Positions 38,986-51,111 of a stretch of DNA of 64,000 nucleotides are shown here, one piece after another. The stretch lies in assembly GCF_004010195.1 (NCBI RefSeq), contig NC_057723.1, positions 38,328,241 to 38,392,240 of the forward strand, read 5' to 3'. The position numbers and the translations under genes were made by a program. Under the pieces are notes generated by a model. The model saw nothing but the letters and a program-made list of their open reading frames with translations, searched no databases and had not been told where the DNA came from. The first letter of the stretch is position 1. Each line of letters opens with the position of its first letter. Source of the stretch: Chiloscyllium plagiosum (taxonomy: Eukaryota).

Positions 38986-40041
38986 CTAACAGAAACAAGA
39001 ACTCAACATTTCAAATACAACACGCACATGAAAGTGAACACATTTTATACGTAAAAAGACATCTATGGCTTATCATTCCATTAAGATAACATTTTAATGA
39101 AAAATTAAGTGTATAAAACTTATTAAAGTAGGGAAGTAAAACATTTATAAATGCTGGGTGCAATTTCTATCTCAAATGAAAGACTTGGATCACTTAGTAT
39201 CAAATAGACCTTCATGGATCATTCTGAGCGCTCCACTTGAAATTGATGACTCTTCATCATTACCAATAGAATTTTTAAGAGTTGGTTACCACCAACATTA
39301 AAATGAATTCTTTCAACATGTTAAATGCGCTTACCTTTTAGTGACTGAGGTAACTGAGCTTCCAAAGAAATGAAAACAATTTATTGCAAGGAATTCTTGT
39401 TATCTGTGAACCCACACTTGCAATTACCAAAATTAGTGCCCAAATTAAAGTCTGTTTGGATTTAACATTATATTCATCTCACCTGAACTGAAGTTAAAAT
39501 CTGCTTTTTTGTTTAAAATCAAAGGAAAACTAATTCAAAACACTTTTTTTAAAAAAGTTAAAATAAGCACCAAAAAAAAAAGAAAAGATAGAGCAGGAAA
39601 AATTACAAAGCCCAATTGTATTTTTTCTGCATTATTGGTGATCAGGTTAAGAAAAAAAAATGTGCTTAACAAAGCACTGCATTTTTTGTGCTCTGCTTGC
39701 AGCATGGGTGGAGACTGAAGGTACTAGACTTATATCGCTTATATTACAATTACTTATATTGCAAGATTAAAGTATGTTAAAGGAGATGAATATTATAGTT
39801 TTGAAACTTAAATTTGATTTAACAACTGGCATTACTCCACAAAACAACATTTTGCCACTTACTATGTACAGTTAGACATGGAGAATTAGAGATACACACA
39901 ACACTGCGAAAGGATATTAAAAGTTGCATACTGCATTGACTTATGACAGTATTTTGATTAACTTCTAAACTGCCATGCATTTCTTTGATTGCAAAGTAAA
40001 ACAGCAAAACCTCATTTAGGATATCAGAATTAGGAACACAC

Positions 40042-40233
40042 CTGCTGCAAGTAAATATTTGACCAATTCAAGATGACCTTCTTGAGCAGCCTCCATCAGT
40101 GGTGTTGAGCAACCCAATTCAATATCAGCTCCTGCCTTTATTAAAAAGTCTGCAACTTCCAAGAAGCCTCCACAGCAAGCTAGAGTCAGAGCTGTCTCTT
40201 GGGTTTCCTCGGTTTGTGCATTTATATTGGCTC
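40042..40233 (-). CDS. ANKHD1: ANKHD1 exon ~9 (192 nt): (G)ANINAQTEETQETALTLACCGG...LVKYLLAA(G)
   Basis: Lies within ORF 40016..40291; ttttag|GA acceptor, CAG|gtgtgt donor. Confidence 0.96.
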
Positions 40234-41172
40234 CTAAAAAGTCCAAGCAGCAATTTATAATTAAAGAAGAGTTTGTTAAACCAAGCTCCAAGAATTTTAG
40301 TTATCACTGGTTTGGCAATAGTGTTGTTCTGCACCTTAATTATGAAGCTCTCAGGTTTTGTTTGAAAGCATTAAGCTACCCAAATACTAAGTAAAAACAA
40401 TAGGTGAGTTACAATACAAGTCTTTGATTTAGTCCAAGAGGACTTAGTATAATGCTTCGTCATAGGCATTAACTCATTTGAAGTGCAACATAGCTGGTGA
40501 CCATTTCAGAGAATAACTCAATGGGGGAATAAAAGGGTAAAAACAAAGCATTTCAACATTTCAATGCTGCAGGATTTTGTCTGTCATGCCACACAAAGAG
40601 CTAAATCAGATTGTTTTTCTATCCACAACAGTAACTGCACAGTTGAGAAGTGTGTTCACTCAAAATGATTCAACTTATTTTAATAGATATGGGAATAAAG
40701 TACAGCATTTAGTGAGATAAAGGTAAGGCAATTCAAATATAAGAATTGTGAATTCTCTGAAGATATGTTTGTTTCATTTGCAACTCTTGATTTTGAGACA
40801 TAAGAAGATTTGTTTTAAATGGTTTCAACAAGGTCAACTGAAACTGAAGTCATGCAACACAAGCAGACAAAAAAAATCTCACAGTCAACCTCTAGTTGCA
40901 ACAAAGGTCTCTGGCCAATCTATTCATATATTGGCACAGCAGCCTTTGCCAATTGTAATTTTCTATTTTCTGATATGTATAGGTGGATAATTAAGCCTGT
41001 GAAATTAAAAAGGACACCAGAAGTTGAATGTATTTAACTGTAGTACTAAGCCCAAACACGCTAATGAAACAAAGAAATATGCATGCTCAGTAAAAAAAAA
41101 AGTCAACAGTTCCAAAGCTAAGTCAATGACTCCTCATCATGTTTAGAATTAAACACACAGGACATTTCATAC

Positions 41173-41410
41173 CCTGGGCAAGCAGCAATGCTACCATTTC
41201 CTCATGACCTTCTCGTGAAGCTTCCATTAATGGTGTATATCCTTCATCATTGACTTCTTCTAGGTTTGCACCTCTTTCTATGAGCAAAGCTGCTAACTCC
41301 ACATGACCACCACAAGCAGCAAGAGTCAATGGAGACTCAAAAGAATCAGCTGGCATGTTTACTTGCGCACCACTATCCAAAAGGAGGCGAGCCACTTCAA
41401 CATGGCCATC
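41173..41410 (-). CDS. ANKHD1: ANKHD1 exon ~8 (238 nt): DGHVEVARLLLDSGAQ...EEMVALLLAQ(G)
   Basis: Overlaps ORF 41123..41395; aatag|GAT acceptor, AGG|gtatg donor. Confidence 0.96.
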
Positions 41411-41904
41411 CTATTCAACAAAGTCAATTATCAGCACCTTGATGCATTTAAATAGTCAGGACATTCCTTTCTAATATAAAGCATAGATCAAATTCAAATC
41501 CAATTATGAATCTGAACAGTCAAATAAAATAAGCATTTACTTTACATTAAAAGTGTAACATAGTACAATCAACCATATGTGAAAAACAAAGTTCATCTTT
41601 AACTTAAAAATCCTCAGGTTTCTATACAAATATTCATGAACATCCACCCCATAACTGAAATAGGTTACCATGCAAGAAACAAAATCTTGAAAATCATAAC
41701 TTACTCATTCCAATATTTTGGGAAAATCTGTGTATTACCCTCAGGCAATGAGTAGTCACCAATATGCACTATAATTAAGTTTGCTCAATATCAAATTAAC
41801 ACTGTATTTGCTAGACTAAGAAAAATGGAACAAATCAAGATCTTAAAATACTGGGGCAGCACTTTTGCAAGGAACAGGAAATGATGATGCATAATAACAC
41901 TTAC

Positions 41905-41999
41905 CATACATGCTTCCATTAAAGCAGTATGCATCTCATCTGTTTTGTGCTCCTGATCAGCACCAGCTTCAAGAAGAAACCGTACCATTTCCAAATGTC
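41905..41999 (-). CDS. ANKHD1: ANKHD1 exon ~7 (95 nt): (G)HLEMVRFLLEAGADQEHKTDEMHTALMEACM
   Basis: Lies within ORF 41791..42051; ctcag|GA acceptor, ATG|gtaagt donor. Confidence 0.96.
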
Positions 42000-43689
42000 C
42001 TGAGATACAGATCAAGTTAAGATATAAAAACATATTTTGACATGTAACCACCTAAATACATTTAGAACAGTTTTTAATGTATAAAGTTGTATTAAGTTTT
42101 CAATTTCAGATGGAAAGAAACCTATGAATTTTCTTTACAAAACTGTGAATGTAAAGTGGTGTTTTATTGAATTCTTAGAAGCTTTCCAACACAGAAATCA
42201 GTATTTTATTCAGTTGTTGAATATATTGACAGAGCCGATAGATTTTTGGACTTACAGAAATCAAGAGAAGTGGGGCAGGAAAACTTAGTTCAGACAGTAG
42301 AACAAATGTCATCTAAATGAACAGTGGAGAAAGCCAGAGGTGGTATGGTGTACCCTTGTCCCTTTTTGGGTTCTTAAAGCCAAACAAATATAGCGTATTC
42401 GCTGTGCATTTGTCAGATTACAGCATTTTAAAGAGAGCGATGTCTTGGAGAAAGTCTAAATTAAATGAGCCTTTTCGCTCTTGTAGAAGCATCTTACCTT
42501 AGAATTGTATTTCAATATTCTTCTAGTCTACATATAGATCACCTTTATTTTCTCTTCCCTCCTCTAAAATTAATGAATTCTGAAGACATCAACATAGCTC
42601 AAAGAAAATGAAATTACCCTTTGAAAGGCTGACTTTGAAAGCCTTTTTAGTGTAGCATTGGAGCACCTAGTTAATAGGGATGTAACGGTACCACAAGGTT
42701 TCAAAGAAACTTTAGTTACTATGGAACTATTTCAAAGCTACTTCTCAATATTCATGTTTTCAAATTTTATTCAGTATATCAGACAAAATTGCTCTGAAAT
42801 GCTAATCACGTAATAGAGTTCAGATAATCTTTCAACTTCATTATGAAAAAAGATATCTCAATTAAGTCTTCAGGAAAACCAACTACATCATTCATTTCAA
42901 CATCACAATACTAATTGCTGCTAGCTTGGGTATCTTTTCTAAGTGGCAAAACTTAGATTTAATGCATTAAATTACAAAGTAAATAGACTCCAATATTTAC
43001 AGCACAAGATGCCCATGCCAGTAGGTAAAAATTGGTCACACTAGTTCAATTTTCCAGCCTTTGGCTCATAGCTCTGGAGGCTATGGCAAAATAAATAAAT
43101 ATATAAATAAATACAGTCAGTCATTCTTCTGTATCCATGAAATTGCTTTTTGCAAACTTGCCTATCTGCACCAAAAAAAAAGTAACCAATTAAATCAACA
43201 TCCCTGGACAAAAATCACATATCCGCAAAAACTTGCGTGGCCAAGGTATTAGGGTAGACTATGTTGCATTAGTTACAGTCTGCCTCTTAGACTACTGGAC
43301 TGTATAGGTACTATACATTTTTTTAATGCTAATTTTCATTTTCTTCCATGACAAAACCATATTCTACTTAAGTATTAACAATGTCGGTAACATTTGTTAT
43401 TTTAACTCAAATATAATAGGCAAAAAGTCATAATCTTGGGGTCTGGGAACCTAACCCTATTTTTATCATAAGATATTAAGATTCACACTCTCAAATTCAT
43501 CGTTCACTAAGTTTTCTTTTGGAACAGAACTCTCACAGATAGAGGAACATCTGCACTGCTTAAACATTATAATTGTTTCTGACTCAAGCATTTTTCCCAA
43601 CAGACTTCCAGATTCCCACTAGCCTCAGTGAAAAAAAAATTCACTCCAACTCTCTTTCGTTTTAAACCTCTGGTTACTGACACCTCCAC

Positions 43690-43938
43690 TGGGTGACTGT
43701 CTGTGTGGAGTTTGCACGTTCTCAGTGTCTGCGTGGGTTTCCTCCGGGTGCTCTGGTTTCCTCCCACAGTCCAAAGATGTGCAGGTCAGGTGAACTGGCC
43801 ATGCTAAATTGCCCCATAGTGTTAGGTCAATTAGTCAAAGGGAAGTGGGTCTGGGTGGGTTAGTCTTCGGAGAGTCAGTATGGACTGGTTCGGCCGAACG
43901 GCCTGTTTCCACACTGTAGGGAATCTAATCTAATCTAA
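43690..43938 (+). mobile_element. 5'-truncated HE1/V-SINE-type SINE
   Basis: tgtgtggagtttgcacgttctc...gcctgtttccacactgtagggaatctaatctaatctaa; inserted in a CR1 tail fragment. Confidence 0.9.
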
Positions 43939-44326
43939 ATGGACAAAAGTGCCTTTCTATTTACCCTGTGACCCTCAATTTGATACATCTCTATAAGGTC
44001 CCATGTCAGTCTTCATTGTTCCAAGGAAAACAACCCCAGCCAATGTAATCTTTCCTCATCTCAAACTCCATCCCTGGCAGCATGTTAGTGAATCTACTTT
44101 GCAACCACTCCAATGTAAGCATGTCCTTCCTGTAATGCAGTGACCAGAAGTACATGCTGTATTCCAAGTGAGGCCCAACCAGCCTTTCATAAAACTTCAG
44201 CAGGTCTCAGCTAATAAAGGCAAGTATTCTTTACCTTATTTAACTTCCCTGCTCCCTTCAAGGATCTATCAACATGCAGAATATTTTGTCACGTGATATA
44301 TTGCTCACAAAACATCAACATCATAC

Positions 44327-44560
44327 CTTTGTAACATGCCAATGTAAGTGCACTTTCCTTGAACTCATTTGAATGAGTATTGATTCCTGCGCCATATTCT
44401 AAAAGCACTCGAGCAACTTCCACATGGCCAGCACTTGCTGCTTCCATCAAAGGTGTGTGACCATTTTCATTGTGATCCTCAATATTGGCCCCTGCTTTCA
44501 GAAGTACTTTTACAACATCAACAAACCCACCAGCACAGGCATAAGTGAGTGCTGTATTTC
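44327..44560 (-). CDS. ANKHD1: ANKHD1 exon ~6 (234 nt): (G)NTALTYACAGGFVDVV...SALTLACYK(G)
   Basis: Lies within ORF 44289..44576; tttag|GA acceptor, AAG|gtatg donor; 97-nt upstream intron. Confidence 0.96.
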
Positions 44561-44657
44561 CTAAAAGGAAAAGCAAATTTAAGTTTTAAAAGTCTGAAGT
44601 GCCATCTCACTTTATGATGGAACTGAAACTAGATAGCTAAATAACTTGATTACTTAC

Positions 44658-44805
44658 CTGTTGAAGACTGAGCATTTACATCAGCATCATGGGCCAGTAG
44701 CAATTTGACTATGTCTACATAGCCTCCACTGGCAGCAGCCATCAATGGAGTTATGTCTCCCTTGATACCACGATCTTCAACATTAGCATGCACAGCAAGC
44801 AAAAC
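44658..44805 (-). CDS. ANKHD1: ANKHD1 exon ~5 (148 nt): VLLAVHANVEDRGIKGDITPLMAAASGGYVDIVKLLLAHDADVNAQSST(G)
   Basis: tttag|GT acceptor, CAG|gtaagt donor; ankyrin TPLM motif. Confidence 0.96.
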
Positions 44806-44924
44806 CTAAATAAATAAGTTATTAAATTAACAAGGCTCAAAAGAATAGTTTTATTATTCAAAAGTTTCAATTTAAAACTAAGTGAGGAGCATAGCACTCA
44901 TGAGTCCTGAGTACACACATCTTT

Positions 44925-45950
44925 TTTCTTTTAATTCACTCATAGGATATAAGCATTGTTAGCTGGGCAAGCATTTGTTGCCTAGCCTTTGAGTGTGTGA
45001 TGGTGAGCTGCCTTCACGAACCTCTGCATTCAACATGCGACAATGACCATGTGCCACCTTCAATATTGTTAGAGGGGGAATTCCGGAATTTTTGACCCAG
45101 TGAATGACTGGTAATCTATTTCCAAGTCAGGTTGGAAAAGGACTTGCAGGTAGTGGTGATCCCATGTATCTGCTTTCCTTGTTTTTCAAGATGGAATTCG
45201 TTGTCAGTTTATAAGGGGCTGCCTTAGTATCTCGGATTTTTTTTGCAGTGCATTTGTAGACTGCTGTTACTGAGAATTGGTGGTTAGAATGACCAAATGC
45301 TTGTGGTTATGGTATCAATCATGCGGGCTCCTTTGTGCTGGATAATGCCAAGCTTCTTGAGCAGAGTTGGAGGCAAATGGGGACTATTCCAGCAGATTCC
45401 TGACTGCATTTATGTAAAGCACAGTTCAGTTTCTAGACATCTATTTTGTTTCTCATCTTTTTTTCTTTTATTACTTGGCATCCTTCTGCTCGTTCCCTGA
45501 AACATCCGCAGACGTATTTCCAGATTCCCATTTGATTTATCTTCTCACTACTGACGGTGCTAGAAATCACGGGTAATTTTTAAAAAATTTGTTCATGGAT
45601 TTAGGATTCACTGAATCAGAGTTGCTCACTATGGCCATTTCAGAGAGCAGTTAAGAGTCAATTACATTGCTGTAACATGTAGTCATACGTCGGCCAGATC
45701 AGGTAAGGCCAACAGACTTCCTCCCTTGGAGGATCAGTCCTTCACTCAGGACAATAGCAGAAGAGTTTGCACAACAATCGGGAGTGATTGCATGGTGACC
45801 ATTAGGCGAGTTTTTAATTTAGTACAATTTTTAATACAAATTTAATAAACTCCCATGATGGATGAGACTCAAATCCATGTCTCCAGCACATTAGCCAAGA
45901 ATTCTGAGTTATCCATCCAGTGATATTACTACTATGTCATTACCTCCTCT
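44925..45950 (-). mobile_element. Internally deleted SINE-headed LINE / SacSINE-like element
   Basis: Minus-strand head near 45860-45950 and the shared LINE 3' tail at 44925-45420. Confidence 0.55.
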
Positions 45951-45959
45951 GAACTGCCA

Positions 45960-47579
45960 GAATTGGTACTTATCTGATCTTTGACATTTAAAGCCCAGCA
46001 AAAATTTTTAGATTTGCAGGAACAGTTTTTCTGAATTCTTCAATAATCTTTGTTTTCAAAATTTTCTAACTTTTTGACAATTGATCCATCCAGCTGACTT
46101 TTCAAATGAAGTGAATTATCTTTTGACTTCATCCTCAGTAAATCTAGACACTAAACATAGATTTTTAGTTAAATTAAATTCTGTACTTTATCAGATTTAT
46201 CCTTTTTCCTTTAAGGTACGATGAAATTTTGTCTAACTGCCTTATATCTTTGACGTTCAAGCCTTTTCTTTAAGTTCACTTAATATGTCTCTCTTTCCGC
46301 ACTTTTCATTAGCTTCTGTTCTACTAACAAATCTTTTCATTTCTCTCAATCAACCTTTTTCCTTTTCTATCCAAGCTGTGGCACCTCAGTTTCACATTTC
46401 CTTTCTAATTCTAAATGCTTAATAATCATTTAAATAACTTCTTCCAAGATTTTGCTTTTACTTCTGGATTCAAGTTATCCACTAATCCTCAGTGTAGCTT
46501 TAGTGGAAGGTTTCAAATAGTCCACTGCTGTCTCTTCCATTTCTTGAAAACTGTTAACATTTAAAGCTATCTTCAAAAATAAGTTTCGATGCAACATTGC
46601 CATTTTACATCCAGAACCTCCTTATGCCCATTTCTTTACATGAGACAGATCCCTCTTAAATGAAGTAAACTGAAAATGCAGCAAGAGTCCCACTTGTGAT
46701 GTTCCCAGCTGATGTTACTAATGGATAAGTCAGATCCCAAAATGAAATGCTGCATAGTGGGACATTTTGTTTTTCTCTAATTTACTGTGGCAATCTTTCA
46801 CTGAAAAATAAGTAAAAAAGGTTGTAGATTTTGTTTTAATAATGAAATAGAAGCTCATTTAACAAAAAGAAAATAGAACAAACAAGTCTGAAAGTTTTCC
46901 AAATCCATTGCAGAAACAAAATTTCATTTAATCTCCAATGGCATCACTTCATAGTTCCTTAAATAGCAAAAACACTTTACAATCCTCAACACTTCAAACA
47001 AGGAAAATCCACATCCATACATTTGACTTAATTGCTTTTTCTCAGTTCTGCTCCAGTGAGCTGCAAGGCTTTTTTTTCCCTTGACTACCCTTAGAACAGT
47101 TTTTAGACTGTCTCTTAATGATCTGCAGACATCTAACGAAACAGTTCTTGTCTGGACATTTCTCAAACTATACTTTTTCACTGAGGTGACTTATTTCCTG
47201 CTCTGAATCATCTGCTCATTCTAGGAGAAACCATACTTCCTCTAGCCCCAGTCAAGTTTCCTTACAACTGCCCAAAAGCTTTTGCACTAAATTTTTTGTA
47301 CATCCTGGACTCTAAATCTAATGGTTTGATGTTTTGTTTCTCAAGTCAAAAATTCTCCTAGTTAACTTTCATTAACTCTCCAAAATGCACATGCTGGTTT
47401 AAAGGCAAGGTTTTGCAAAGGTAAGCCAGTTTTAAACCCCTTCACAAAATTAGACCAACAGCCATATGCCAGTGATTTAAAGTCCAAACTCAAAATATTA
47501 ATACATCTCACATCAGTCATCACTGCAAAACAAATCTTTCACTTGTCTATATCTTGCATCTGTTAAACATGTGATCACA
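45960..47579 (-). mobile_element. Gmr1-like Ty3/Gypsy relic: 5' LTR (46695-47579), degenerate PBS, disrupted gag
   Basis: LTR ends TGTGA...TCACA; PBS-like TGGGACTC just downstream. Peptides LVSRFTEDEVKR*FTSFEKSA (46092-46154) and IIEEFRKTVPANLK (46006-46047) resemble Gmr1 gag/SCAN-like motifs. Confidence 0.65.
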
Positions 47580-47932
47580 ATACCCATTAAAAACTAAAGA
47601 TTCAATTTTGTAGCAATAGACACTGGTTTCGTTTGGAGAATTTGTTGGAATGAACTGATGGCTGCCATCTCCACAGCTAATTTAAACACAATTAGTAACA
47701 TGCAGTGTCCACACAATGGCATAATTGGTGTTCATTATTTAAGTTTTCATTGGAATAATTGCTGGCTTATTTTACCAACTCTCAGCAGTTAGCCATTTAA
47801 CATTTACATTTATTTGTGTACACCCCTGGATTAGTACACATTTGAAATGGCTAAAGATGACCAAACAAGGAACGTCAGGTCAGCTGTTCAACCTTTGGCT
47901 CTATGAACATAAATCAACAGAACAATGGGTAG

Positions 47933-48133
47933 AGGTGTTGTATATACAATTGAGATGGAAGATAGATCTGAAAACACAGCATTGTATGGTGTAATCTGTA
48001 ATGTAAGCCTGTTTCCACACTGTAATGTAATCTGTAATCTGTAATGTAATCTGTAATGTAATCTGTAATCTGTAAAAGGTGTTGTATATACAATTGAGAT
48101 GGAAGATAGATCTGAAAACACAGCATTGTATGG
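47933..48133. repeat. Perfect 57-bp direct repeat flanking an 87-bp (TGTAA/TC)n array with a SINE/LINE tail
   Basis: 47933-47989 is identical to 48077-48133. The insert contains gcctgtttccacactgtaa (48007-48025). Confidence 0.92.
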
Positions 48134-48634
48134 AGATATTAATAATGCTGCTCAGTCACCTGAAAGACTATACATTCAACTGCACTGGACACAAATCAGG
48201 CACCTCTTATCACTCCCCAAACCAATGAAGTAATAAGCAAAACAGTCCTATACTAATATGTTTAAGCTGTTTATATTTCAGGCTGCCTTAAACTGACTGG
48301 ACTACTGGAATTTCTTCCAAGTACCAAATTGAATTAGCAATAGCAGCAGGCTTATATTAACCCTAGGCCATGCAAAGTTTGGTATGCAGGACTTCTCAAA
48401 CAGATTTAGCCCGAGAGAAGACTTCAGCAGCTACACACTGTACACAAACACGACAGACATAAAATTAAATTATCTTAATGTTAAATAATAGCAAGCTGAC
48501 TTGCAGAAAACCAAGAATCAAAAGAAACTCAAATGAAAATCTTAAAACAGTACAAATGCAGTACTCTTCAGCACACAGTTGTAATTTGTAGTATGTTAGT
48601 TTATTGTAAAATAAATGAGTCACTTAATACTTAC

Positions 48635-48782
48635 TTGTGCAAGTTCATAGTAGCCAGCTGAGCATGCCAAGCAAAGGAGACTTTCACCCTCTTCTGTATG
48701 CTCGTTTACGCTCCGACCTTCATCCAGCAGTTTTCGGACCGCATTCACATCTCCATCTGAACATGCTTCTGCTAAACTTCGG
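48635..48782 (-). CDS. ANKHD1: ANKHD1 exon ~4 (148 nt): RSLAEACSDGDVNAVRKLLDEGRSVNEHTEEGESLLCLACSAGYYELAQ
   Basis: tttag|C acceptor, CAA|gtaagt donor; phase 2 to 0; first ankyrin repeats. Confidence 0.96.
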
Positions 48783-49101
48783 CTAAACCAAAAAACAATA
48801 TTATTTACTTTGGCATGTCATCACATTAACAAAATGTTTTCACCACCAAGATTTAATTTTGAACTCTGTTTGTTGGAGAACTTAAACACAAAGGGAAAGT
48901 ATGGTTTAAAAACTTGAAATGTGATAATTAATCCTAAAAACAATATCAACATTCACTTTTGGTCATGGCTACTGACGCTATGTGTTTTCTACACATTCTG
49001 AGCATGTGTTCCACAAACTACTCTTTTTATTACCTATGAGATTACTTAGCTAGCTGGTTTAGCAATTTATTACTAGAGTTAATTTTTATACCTCTTTAAA
49101 C

Positions 49102-49801
49102 TGTTAAGGTGGTGTAGATATGCACTGTACCTTGAAGAGGAAACTAGCAAGGACTGACTGAAAGCACAGTATGCTGAACAACTTAAAAATTAACATTTGG
49201 TGGAAACAAATTGCTGGAGTTGCATTACCATAGAACAAAAACAAATTCAGATTCGGCCAATCCGTTTAAATTATGTCCCAGATACCAAAATCCAATTGAA
49301 TTGGAATTTTAATGATTGGGATGACACCAAACCAATGAAATGGTCCAATGTTTTAGGGTAGAAACCTGGACATTTTAAAGTGTTAAGGGGAGAACGGCAA
49401 AGGGCACCAACAAGTATATACTGCTAGCCAAATAGCGCTCTGATAGGAATCTGTCCATAAGAAACGTTGTGCAGCAGAAGACCAAAGAAAAGGCGGCAGA
49501 GGAGGCTGGTTTTGAAACATGATTTTTTTTTCCTCTCTAAACCTTAAATCAGGGTTTTTGTTTTATCGGACCAGTATTGTAGAGTCGGAAGTAAAAGATA
49601 GGTTTGAGAGAAAAAGAAGTTGTATATAGTTGTTGTTTTAATGTTCTCTGTTGAACTTTAGGAATAAAATTTTTAATTCTTACTTTAAAATAGTGAACTC
49701 TGGGATAGTTCTTTGCCTCTCTAAATTTAACAAACTACGGCAAGATGAGCTTCTGTGTGTCGGGTTTAAATTAGCAGAGTGGTTTACCCCATGTCGCAAC
49801 A
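49102..49801 (+). mobile_element. Solo LTR (700 bp)
   Basis: Starts TGTTAAG and ends CGCAACA. 4-bp TSD AAAC at 49098-49101 and 49802-49805. AATAAA at ~49663; CCAAT motifs inside. Confidence 0.75.
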
Positions 49802-50899
49802 AAACATTTTTAAAGAGTTATATTTGGGGAGGAAATGGAATTGCAACAGAATGAAGCAAAGAATAGCACATGTGCAATGGTATGAAAAGGGAAATTGCCA
49901 ATTAAAATTAGTTATGACACAAACAAACAAACAAAGGTAGATTGCAGCCTTTACTATATTAAACAGCAACGACATCCTTTGGAAAGGCAAACAGTACGGA
50001 AATGACAATACTATGAAAACCAACTGCTGCCTGAGTGCCATCTGGATTAAGGGATCGAATCAAAACAATTCTCAAATGAGTATAATAGGTAGCAAATTTA
50101 CAACAAATTAATACTTTTCTATGAAACTCAAATTATCCCCTTCAGCAAAGTCAGATGGGAAAGGGGAGAAGCAAACTAAGCTTTCTTGCTTATCCTGCAA
50201 AATCTGACAGTACGACACAGTCAAGTGAAAATCTAACTTTTTGTGCATCATCTGAAAGATACACCCACCTGCATTGATATTAAAACTGCATTTACTCCCA
50301 AAATATAAAGCACAAGATTAAATTTAACCGACGACCCAATATCCCCTTCTCAACATTTTCACTTATAGTCTAAGAGTTACACAGAATGGAAACAAGCCCT
50401 TTGGATCCAACTCGTCCGTATCAACCAGAAATCCCAATCTGACCTAGTCCCACTTACTTGTATTTGGTCCATATCCCTCTAAACCTTTCCTATTCATACA
50501 CCTCACCAAATGCCTTTTAAATGTTGTACCAGCCTCCACCACTTCCTGAGACAGCTCATTCCATTTTTGCATCATCCTCTGCGTGAAAATGTTACCCCTC
50601 AGGTCCTCCTTTAATCCTTCTTTCCCCCCCCCCCACCGAAAACCTATGCCCTCTAGTTTTGGACATCCCCACCCAAAGAAAAAAGACCTGAGCTATTCAC
50701 CCTATCCATGCCTCTCATGAATTTACAAACCTCTATAAAGGTCACCCCTCAGCCTCTGATGCCCCAGGGAAAAGAGCCCCAGCCTCTTCCTGTAATGTAA
50801 ACCCTCCAGTCCCAGCAACATCCTCGTACAACTTTTCTATACCTTTTCATGTTTAACAAAACCTTTCCTCGGGGAGGGTGACCATAAGTGCATGCAGTA

Positions 50900-51111
50900 C
50901 AAGTCATTCTGCTATAATGCGCATTTTGTTAATGGGCATTCACTGTAGTGCAATTCATGAACTGGGCACACAGATTCTAAAGCGTGAAATTTTTGAATGT
51001 GTGTCAGCTGTAACATGATTACAACACTAAGCACTGTTTCTAAAATGCAATTTTTCTATAAATGAGGGGTTGAACAAAGAACGCAACCACTGCGTCATCA
51101 AAGAACTACCT
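50900..51111. mobile_element. Tc1/mariner-type MITE (same family as 560-753)
   Basis: Starts after TA with caagtcattctgctataatgcg and ends gcgtcatcaaagaactacct (imperfect TIR). Confidence 0.6.

Noticed and set aside
47933-48133. CRISPR-like repeat-spacer-repeat
   Set aside because: Only two repeats, a low-complexity retroelement-tail spacer, eukaryotic intron context and no cas genes.
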